This document shows, in pieces, positions 35,679-42,217 of a stretch of DNA of 42,217 bases. Numbering within the stretch: position 1 is the stretch's first letter; every line of letters begins with the position of its first letter. Position numbers and translations under genes: made by a program. Below the pieces are notes generated by a model. The model searched no databases, was not told the origin of the DNA, and worked only from the letters and a program-made list of their open reading frames with translations. The DNA is from a virus (Duplodnaviria; Heunggongvirae; Uroviricota; Caudoviricetes): IMG/VR virus record IMGVR_UViG_2703718801_000022. One strand, written 5' to 3'.

Positions 35679-35909
35679 TCATGAGTAGAAGAAGTATGCC
35701 AGTTCTGCTTTTGAGCGCAGCCATTGTCTTGTTTTACAGGCTTTAAAAAGCCCATTCATCAATACCTTACCTGGCATTTTGCGCTTACCTGTTAAGTGAG
35801 TCTGGATATAGTGACTCGTCGTTCCGGCTTCCTGTGCGAAGGCTTCACGCTCATCCGGAGTAAGTGCAAGCCAGTGCTTTTTGAAATCGAAATGTCCGTT
35901 ATCGCTCAT
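35679..35909 (-). CDS. Cro-like HTH regulator
   Basis: 76 aa; HTH-like segment REAFAQEAGTTSHYIQTHLTG; divergent from repressor across operator cluster. Confidence 0.55.
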   Translation of the reverse strand: MSDNGHFDFKKHWLALTPDEREAFAQEAGTTSHYIQTHLTGKRKMPGKVLMNGLFKACKTRQWLRSKAELAYFFYS

Positions 35910-35945
35910 AGCTATTGCCTGATATTTATTTCAGATAATAAATAT

Positions 35946-36008
35946 TCACCCATAAGGTAACAAAAATCAAGGATAGTTACCTATGGGGTGCATTTACCTG
36001 TTGGGTAA
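35946..36008. promoter_or_regulatory. Tripartite operator cluster between repressor and cro-like genes
   Basis: TCACC-CATAA-GGTAA (35946-35960), TTACC-TATGG-GGTGC (35977-35991), TTACC-TGTTG-GGTAA (35994-36008). Confidence 0.6.
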
Positions 36009-36063
36009 TATTGCTTTAAATTGAATCATCTACTGATTCATATATGAGGCGATTTTCCAGAAA

Positions 36064-36648
36064 ATGAAAAGTATCCAGGACGTCCGCAGGCAAAATCTCA
36101 ACGACTTGATCGACCGTGAATTCAATGGTGTTCAGACGCGGATGGCAGAAAAACTTGGAACTCAGGCAAATCTGGTAAACCGCTGGGCTCTTGGCAAGAA
36201 GGTTATCGGCGACCAGGTTGCGCGAAAAATTGAAGCTGCCGCCAATAAACCCCGTAACTGGCTTGATATCGATCGCTCGCTTTCTCAGGAAGGTTTTCAG
36301 CCTGTCGGCCCAAGCGACATTGGTCAGCTGGCGGCTCACAACCTGGAACGCTGGATGAGCGAAAGCCGCGACCTTTCAACACAGGGAAAACTTCACCGCG
36401 CATCCGGCGTCGCCCAGGTGACAATCAGCCGCCTGTTAAACAATGAGGTCAGCGTTTCCATTTCCACCCTGGAGAATGTTGCATCCGCATTCGGGCGTCA
36501 CGGATATGAACTACTGATTCACCCGCACGACCCTGCGACTATCAACTATGACCGCTCGCGCTACGCATTGTTACCCGAAACCGAGAAAGCAAAGATCGAA
36601 AGTTACATTGAATTTGTCATCAACCAGAACGAAAAAAACAAACAATAA
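36064..36648 (+). CDS. Prophage repressor with two tandem HTH domains and no peptidase S24 domain
   Basis: 194 aa; HTH-like segments MAEKLGTQANLVNRWALGKK and ASGVAQVTISRLLNNEVSVSISTLENVASAFG; no Ala-Gly/Ser..Lys autocleavage module. Confidence 0.7.
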   Translation: MKSIQDVRRQNLNDLIDREFNGVQTRMAEKLGTQANLVNRWALGKKVIGDQVARKIEAAANKPRNWLDIDRSLSQEGFQPVGPSDIGQLAAHNLERWMSESRDLSTQGKLHRASGVAQVTISRLLNNEVSVSISTLENVASAFGRHGYELLIHPHDPATINYDRSRYALLPETEKAKIESYIEFVINQNEKNKQ

Positions 36649-36670
36649 AATCATATTTTTCAGTAAGTAA

Positions 36671-36695
36671 GCCGCCTTCTGGCGGCTTTTTTATT
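36671..36695 (+). terminator. Rho-independent terminator of repressor gene
   Basis: GCCGCC-TTCT-GGCGGC followed by TTTTTTATT. Confidence 0.8.
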
Positions 36696-36705
36696 GCCTG
36701 TTCGA

Positions 36706-36782
36706 TTACCTAATGGGTAATTTTTTCAACTCATATCTATTGACATCAAACCAGATACGCATAATTATTACCTCAACGGTAA
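36706..36782. promoter_or_regulatory. Leftward-operon-like promoter with two flanking operators
   Basis: TTACC-TAATG-GGTAA (36706-36720), -35 TTGACA (36740-36745), AT-rich -10, TTACC-TCAAC-GGTAA (36768-36782). Confidence 0.5.
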
Positions 36783-36801
36783 CAGACAGAGGTAACAAGT
36801 T

Positions 36802-36954
36802 ATGCAGTGGAAAATCATCAACGGTTGGTACTGCGTTACTGCATGCGGATTCATGAGCTGGAAGTTCCGCACCTTACAGGAAGGCATTAAGTGGGCTTTC
36901 GTCAGCAAAGAAGCTCGCGATGTGGCCAACGATAACGAGATATGGGAGGGCTGA
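36802..36954 (+). CDS. Small Trp-rich protein, first gene of early operon
   Basis: 50-aa ORF below the track cutoff; GAGGT RBS; stop overlaps next start. Confidence 0.3.
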   Translation: MQWKIINGWYCVTACGFMSWKFRTLQEGIKWAFVSKEARDVANDNEIWEG

Positions 36955-36956
36955 TA

Positions 36957-37256
36957 ATGAACGTTAATCAGCAGAAAAATCTTCAAAAAATCATGCTGGC
37001 ATTCGACAAGGACTACCGCCTGTCAGAACAGCTATATGACCGACAAGTTGAACTGATTGAGAGCATCCGACTTCATCAACTGTCCTCAACTTTCGACGTT
37101 GTAACAGGCAAAGGCGTTCGTCAGGAAGTACTGGAGGCTGCTAAAGACAGCCCTGAGTTCGAAGAACTGACGGATGCCTATCGGCGAGAGGCAATGGCAA
37201 TTATCGCCCGCTGGGATCTGGCGGATCAGCTTGATGGACAGAGGGACGCGGCATGA
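36957..37256 (+). CDS. Hypothetical protein
   Basis: 99 aa from ATG preceded by GGGAGGG. Confidence 0.45.
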   Translation: MNVNQQKNLQKIMLAFDKDYRLSEQLYDRQVELIESIRLHQLSSTFDVVTGKGVRQEVLEAAKDSPEFEELTDAYRREAMAIIARWDLADQLDGQRDAA

Positions 37257-38074
37257 AACCGGGAATTTATTTCGACATCAGCAACGAAGACTACCACGCC
37301 GGTGACGGAGTGAGTAAGTCGCAACTGGACATGGTTGCCAAGAATCCGGCGCTTCTTAAATGGGTTCAGGCAGCACCAGAAGACGAAGAGAAAAAGTCTG
37401 CACTGGATATGGGAACCGCATTGCACTGTCTGCTTCTGGAGCCTGGAGAGTTCGACAAACGCTTCATTGTTTCACCGAAATACGATCGTCGGACGAAACA
37501 AGGTAAAGCTGACGAAGAGGCATTTTTTCGTGATGTGGCGGATATGGGGATTACGGTACTTGATGCCGAGCAGTGGCGGAAACTGGAGCTGATGCGTGAT
37601 AGCGCAATGGCTCATCCGGCGGCACGCTGGATGTTGGAAGCACCTGGTTACTGCGAAGCATCAATTTACTGGAACGATGAAGAGACGGGTGAGTTGTGCC
37701 GAATTCGTCCAGACAAATGGCTGAACGAACACAACGTGATCGTCGACGTGAAAAAGGTTGCAGATATGGAACGTTTTGCACGCCACATCGAGGAATTCCG
37801 CTACCACGTGCAGGACGCAATGTACCGCGAAGGCGCAATGAGGGTTACTGGTCAGCCGCATGGTTTTTTCTTTCTTGCCGTGAGCGAAAGCATTGATTGT
37901 GGTCGGTATCCGGTACGCGTGTTCGAGCTGGATGCGCCGGATGTCGATGCCGGGCACGCTCTGTTCCGCCGGGATCTGAATACCTATCACGAATGCCGCA
38001 TCAACGATGAATGGGGCGGAGTGGAAATTATTAAACGCCCTGACTGGGCACGTAAACAGGATATGTATGTATGA
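37253..38074 (+). CDS. PD-(D/E)XK family exonuclease (RecE/exonuclease VIII-like recombination nuclease)
   Basis: 273 aa; N-terminal ISNEDYHAG and IRPD...VIVDVKK nuclease-like motifs; coupled to annealing-protein gene. Confidence 0.65.
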   Translation: MKPGIYFDISNEDYHAGDGVSKSQLDMVAKNPALLKWVQAAPEDEEKKSALDMGTALHCLLLEPGEFDKRFIVSPKYDRRTKQGKADEEAFFRDVADMGITVLDAEQWRKLELMRDSAMAHPAARWMLEAPGYCEASIYWNDEETGELCRIRPDKWLNEHNVIVDVKKVADMERFARHIEEFRYHVQDAMYREGAMRVTGQPHGFFFLAVSESIDCGRYPVRVFELDAPDVDAGHALFRRDLNTYHECRINDEWGGVEIIKRPDWARKQDMYV

Positions 38075-38952
38075 GCAATGATATCGCAATCACATCACAA
38101 CCAGGCGCAACTGTAGGCACTGCAGCGGCAATCTTCAGCCCCGAGGTCATGAATCAACTGGTGCGTTTCGCGGAGTTGATGTCACAAAGCAAAGCGACTG
38201 TACCGAAACATCTTGAAGGCAAACCTGCCGATTGCCTGGCGGTGACCATGCAGGCGGCACAGTGGGGAATGAACCCGTTCGCCGTGGCGCAGAAAACGCA
38301 TGTGGTAAACGGAACGTTAGGCTACGAAGCACAGTTGGTAAACGCGGTCGTATCCTCTTCCAGCCTGCTGGCGACACGCCTGAATTATCGCTGGAGCGGT
38401 GACTGGTCGAATGTTAACGGCAAAACAGATAAATCACCGAATCTGACGGTAACTGTGTCAGCAGTTCTTAAAGGAGAAGCAGAACCACGTGAGCTTACCA
38501 TCAGTATGGCGCAAGCCGGAGTGCGTAACTCTCCATTGTGGGAACAGGATCCGCGCCAGCAGCTTGCCTATCTTTGCACGAAACGATGGGCTCGCCTGCA
38601 CGCTCCTGATGTACTTCTCGGTGTTTACACACCAGACGAATTACAGGAAACGGCACCGCGCGTTGAGCGAGACATTACTCCGCAAACGACCACTGCTGCG
38701 GGAATGAACAGTCTGATCAACGCTAAAACAGTGAAAAAGCCTGATGAGCAAACGCGTAAAGCGGATAGCCGTGATCCAGAAGAAATGCTGATGGCCTTTA
38801 CCAGCGCAGCGATGAATTACAGCACTGTCTCCGAACTAGATAAGGCTTACAAATACATTGCACAAAAACTTTCAGATGATGACGAACTGCTGGAAAAAGC
38901 CACCGACGTTTACAGCGTTCGCCGGGAAGAATTAAACGAAACATCTATGTAA
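38071..38952 (+). CDS. Single-strand annealing protein, lambda Bet (Red-beta)/RecT-type
   Basis: 293 aa; blocks resembling lambda Bet as recalled (QWGMNPF, ERDITP); directly follows exonuclease gene. Confidence 0.65.
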   Translation: MSNDIAITSQPGATVGTAAAIFSPEVMNQLVRFAELMSQSKATVPKHLEGKPADCLAVTMQAAQWGMNPFAVAQKTHVVNGTLGYEAQLVNAVVSSSSLLATRLNYRWSGDWSNVNGKTDKSPNLTVTVSAVLKGEAEPRELTISMAQAGVRNSPLWEQDPRQQLAYLCTKRWARLHAPDVLLGVYTPDELQETAPRVERDITPQTTTAAGMNSLINAKTVKKPDEQTRKADSRDPEEMLMAFTSAAMNYSTVSELDKAYKYIAQKLSDDDELLEKATDVYSVRREELNETSM

Positions 38953-39001
38953 CCACCACCGCGGCGCCACGCGCGCCGCACTGCAACCAAGAGAGGTATT
39001 T

Positions 39002-39250
39002 ATGAAAGGTGCATTAGGTAAGAAGGAACTCCTGGCGGTGGTGCCACTGTCATGGAGCACTATCGACCGTATGGAGCGCGCAGGTGAATTTCCTAAACGC
39101 TGGTATATCACTGACAAACGCTGCGCATGGAACCGTGACGAAGTTGAGCGTTGGCTTGATGAACGTCAGGCAGCAAGCCCGGCAGAGTTCCAGGGTAAAA
39201 AGCCTCCGGTTCAGCAACGTGTATATCGTCCTGTGAGCAACGCTGCATGA
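39002..39250 (+). CDS. AlpA-family DNA-binding protein (excisionase/regulator-like)
   Basis: 82 aa; N-terminal winged-HTH pattern typical of AlpA-type proteins. Confidence 0.55.
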   Translation: MKGALGKKELLAVVPLSWSTIDRMERAGEFPKRWYITDKRCAWNRDEVERWLDERQAASPAEFQGKKPPVQQRVYRPVSNAA

Positions 39251-39359
39251 GTGTGCTTCTAAGGCACTGGAGCAAATGGTCAGGATGGTACTTATTCCTG
39301 GCCTCTGTTTCAGCATGGCTTTATCTGCTGGCATTAATTTTCAGAGAGGGTTGGATTAA

Positions 39360-39659
39360 GTGAGAAAGTTAAGCCGACTTGAAAAATATCACATGAACAA
39401 GGTTTCAATGCGCAGTCCATCAAAGATTGTCGCCGTTACTCCTGCGGCGATAGAGATCGAAAAACGCGCGATTGAAAGAGAGAAAAAAGGGCAGTTCCGC
39501 ATTGCCGCTCACCTTTGGCTTCAGTGTATGGATGTTGCTTCTGGTGATGTTGAGCGTGCAAGGATCGCGGTTCGCAGGGACCAATGTATCACAAAAGGTA
39601 ACGGCCTTCGCCGTGGCGACTATAGCGGCATAGGATGTTGTGGGGTGGTTTATGACTAA
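39360..39659 (+). CDS. Hypothetical protein (ANR-like pattern)
   Basis: 99 aa; alternative ATG at 39393; ending overlaps methyltransferase start. Confidence 0.35.
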   Translation: MRKLSRLEKYHMNKVSMRSPSKIVAVTPAAIEIEKRAIEREKKGQFRIAAHLWLQCMDVASGDVERARIAVRRDQCITKGNGLRRGDYSGIGCCGVVYD

Positions 39660-40302
39660 GAAATACACACTAATCTATGCAGATCCACCCTGGGTATACC
39701 GGGACAAAGCCGCAGATGGTAATCGCGGTGCCGGTTTTAAATATCCGGTTATGAGTGTGCTGGATATCTGCCGCCTTCCTGTGTGGGATTTGACCGCTGA
39801 AAACTGTCTGTTGGCCATGTGGTGGGTGCCAACACAACCACTCGAAGCGCTAAAAGTTGTTGAAGCCTGGGGATTCCGTCTGATGACCATGAAGGGCTTC
39901 ACGTGGATAAAATGTGGTAGTCGACAACCAGATAAACTGGTTATGGGTATGGGACACATGACTCGCGCCAATAGTGAAGATTGCCTGTTTGCAGTAAAGG
40001 GAAAACTACCTCCACGCATTAATGCAGGGATCGTTCAGTCATTTACCGCACCGCGGCTTGAGCATTCAAGAAAACCAGATGTCGTTCGTGAAAAACTTGT
40101 GCAATTGTTAGGCGATGTTTCTCGCATTGAACTGTTCGCCCGCCAGACGTCTCATGGCTTCGATGTTTGGGGTAATCAGTGCGAAGACCCGGCAGTGCAA
40201 CTACACCCTGGATACGCGTTGGATATTGGCGGATTAACAAATGCATTCAGCAATGCTCCGGTGTCACCAATAGACAACCAGGGGCGGGAGCGTGCAGCAT
40301 GA
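39652..40302 (+). CDS. MT-A70 family N6-adenine DNA methyltransferase
   Basis: ATG at 39652; catalytic DPPW motif in YADPPWVY. Confidence 0.75.
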   Translation: MTKKYTLIYADPPWVYRDKAADGNRGAGFKYPVMSVLDICRLPVWDLTAENCLLAMWWVPTQPLEALKVVEAWGFRLMTMKGFTWIKCGSRQPDKLVMGMGHMTRANSEDCLFAVKGKLPPRINAGIVQSFTAPRLEHSRKPDVVREKLVQLLGDVSRIELFARQTSHGFDVWGNQCEDPAVQLHPGYALDIGGLTNAFSNAPVSPIDNQGRERAA

Positions 40303-40958
40303 ACCTATATCAACGCATCAATGGCGCTGACTGGTGCAATATCTTCGTCGTCGGCGATCTGCATGGGTGCTACACGCTGCTGATGAACGAACTCGACAAA
40401 GTTTCATTCGACCCGGCGCGCGATTTACTTATTTCCGTTGGTGACCTTGTTGACCGCGGAGCTGAAAACGTCGAATGCCTGGATTTGATTACTATGCCGT
40501 GGTTCCGAGCTGTTCGTGGCAACCATGAGCAGATGATGCTGGATGCACTGGTCAACGGCGGAAGTTTCGGACATTGGATGTCAAACGGCGGTGGATGGTG
40601 GCACCAACTTGATTCTGAGCAGGATGTGCAACTCAAATACCTTCTGCCAAAGATTACCAACCTCCCGATGATTATCGAACTGGTTACCGGCAATAAGAAG
40701 GTCGTCATCTGTCACGCAGACTACCCGCACAACGAGTACGCATTCGATAAGCCAGTACCAGAAGAAATGGTGATATGGAATCGTGAGCGGGTTAGCGACG
40801 CGCAGGACGGTATTGTCTCGGAGATAACCGGTGCCGATTTGTTCATCTTCGGTCATACGCCAGCACATCACCCACTGGTGTATGCAAACCAGATGTACAT
40901 CGACACCGGCGCAGTGTTCTGCGGAAATCTGACGCTTACCAAAGTCCAGGAAGGATAG
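40299..40958 (+). CDS. Ser/Thr protein phosphatase (lambda PPase/PrpA-like metallophosphatase)
   Basis: Metallophosphatase motifs GDLHG, GDLVDRG, GNHE; ATGA overlap with methylase stop. Confidence 0.8.
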   Translation: MNLYQRINGADWCNIFVVGDLHGCYTLLMNELDKVSFDPARDLLISVGDLVDRGAENVECLDLITMPWFRAVRGNHEQMMLDALVNGGSFGHWMSNGGGWWHQLDSEQDVQLKYLLPKITNLPMIIELVTGNKKVVICHADYPHNEYAFDKPVPEEMVIWNRERVSDAQDGIVSEITGADLFIFGHTPAHHPLVYANQMYIDTGAVFCGNLTLTKVQEG

Positions 40959-40960
40959 AA

Positions 40961-42217
40961 TTATTTATTACTGTCTTCCATCCACCTCTCAAACTTCGAC
41001 GGGGAGAACGGAATCAGATCCGTATGCTCCCCGTTAATCCAGGAATCAATCATATCGGCCCACTGCTGCAACATGTAGGCGCGCTGTCTGGCGTATTCCG
41101 CTTTGTTATATACGGCGCGCACACCTTTCTGCTCATGTGCCAAAGCTTTTTCAATCCAGTCTGAAGGATAACCAGCCTCATGCAACAACGTACTGGCTGT
41201 ACGGCGCATATCATGTACAGTGAAGCCCTGAATATGCTCACCATCTTCATTTATTATTTTCACCGTTCTGTCGATCAGAGAGTTCAGCGCGGCATTAGAT
41301 AATGGCTTCCGGAAATTGTAACGACCAGGAACCAGATATTCACTTCCACCAGCGCACATCTGCAACCCGACCAATATATCCTGTGCCTGTTTAGGCAGGT
41401 AAATAACGTGCGCCCGGCTTCCCTTCATGCGGTCTGGAGGAATTGTCCATGTCCATTTTTTAAAATCTATTTCATCCCACGTTGCATTGGTGAATTCGCC
41501 CTTACGAACCATAGTGATAAGCACCAGTTTTAAAGCCATTTTCATAGTGCCCATAGCACCAATGGCATCCAGCGTGCGGAAGAACAGGCCAATTTCTTCT
41601 GGTGTCAGTGTTCGCTCTCGTGGTTTAAATATGGCGATAGACGAAGGTTTAATGTCAGCCGCAGGATTAAACAAACCATGACCACGGTCATTGGCGTGAC
41701 GGTATACGCTACTGATGATCTCCCTGGCCTGCACTGCTGTTGCCCGGCCACCGCGTTCGACAATCCGGTCACACAAATCACGAACCATCGATGTGGTAAT
41801 TTCAGCCATCATTTTATTGCCAAGAACCGGAAGTATGTCACGGTCGATCACCGCCTGTTTCATTGCGCGGGTACTGTCAGCCAGGATGACGTGTTTCATA
41901 TAACTGTCGGTATGTACCGCAAACGTCTCGGCACCACGAATCTTTTTGATACCGTCACGTTTAGCCGCAGCCGGTGACTGGCCTGCTTTAAGCAGCTTCT
42001 TTGCAGCAATCAGTTCTTCTCGCGCTTCTGCCAGGCTGATACCGTCACGCCCATACTGCCCGATTACCAGCGTTTCGCGGCGACCGTTGATACGGTAGTC
42101 GTAGCGAAACGAGACCGTGCCTGACGTAAGCACAGCTACATACAGCCCGTCACGATCGGAGACCTTGTACAGTTTGTCCTGCGGCTTGAGGTTTTTTAAT
42201 TTTGTATCGGTAAGCAC
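40961..42217 (-). CDS. int: Tyrosine integrase (P4/CP4-57-like with N-terminal arm-binding domain); start at window edge
   Basis: 418 aa; N-terminal DUF4102-like segment and C-terminal catalytic region (HDMRRTAS, LAHE); GTG start is the last codon of the window so the true start may lie beyond. Confidence 0.8.
   Translation of the reverse strand: MLTDTKLKNLKPQDKLYKVSDRDGLYVAVLTSGTVSFRYDYRINGRRETLVIGQYGRDGISLAEAREELIAAKKLLKAGQSPAAAKRDGIKKIRGAETFAVHTDSYMKHVILADSTRAMKQAVIDRDILPVLGNKMMAEITTSMVRDLCDRIVERGGRATAVQAREIISSVYRHANDRGHGLFNPAADIKPSSIAIFKPRERTLTPEEIGLFFRTLDAIGAMGTMKMALKLVLITMVRKGEFTNATWDEIDFKKWTWTIPPDRMKGSRAHVIYLPKQAQDILVGLQMCAGGSEYLVPGRYNFRKPLSNAALNSLIDRTVKIINEDGEHIQGFTVHDMRRTASTLLHEAGYPSDWIEKALAHEQKGVRAVYNKAEYARQRAYMLQQWADMIDSWINGEHTDLIPFSPSKFERWMEDSNK

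Overview
The window is almost entirely one temperate prophage of an enterobacterial host (family calls are from motif reading only; no searches were run). Every gene and site below was read from the sequence; coordinates in 35570-35595 may be off by one because an A7/A8 run there disagrees with the ORF track. Layout, left to right: two secreted-protein genes of unclear origin (1-1071); a lysis cassette on the minus strand (holin-like, GH19 endolysin, Rz/Rz1; 1291-3088); an AT-rich acyltransferase-3 gene broken at an A8 tract, convergent with a tail fibre/tailspike gene (3281-6648); a P22 immI-like accessory region (6649-11689) with three antirepressor-domain genes, a YafO-like toxin cassette, Arc-like and Mnt-like regulators, and a membrane protein; a T7-ordered virion module on the minus strand (gp16-like back to portal, 11701-26417); a tRNA-Arg(UCU) and Gp49-like moron on the plus strand between portal and terminase; terminase (27803-29871); early genes, lambda O/P-like replication with iterons, cro-like and a tandem-HTH repressor (29946-36648); then exonuclease, Bet-like annealing protein, AlpA-like, MT-A70 methyltransferase, Ser/Thr phosphatase and a tyrosine integrase at the right edge. 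The strongest leads are: (1) a 15-bp palindrome TTACC-N5-GGTAA at 16 positions, tripled between the repressor and cro genes and also in front of the late operon and most accessory genes; (2) a LexA-box-controlled mini-antirepressor whose domain recurs as the C-termini of two larger antirepressors, paired with a repressor that has no autocleavage domain; (3) a 257-bp inverted repeat formed by those two C-termini, enclosing a toxin-antitoxin-like cassette; (4) two candidate small RNAs in the immI-like region.
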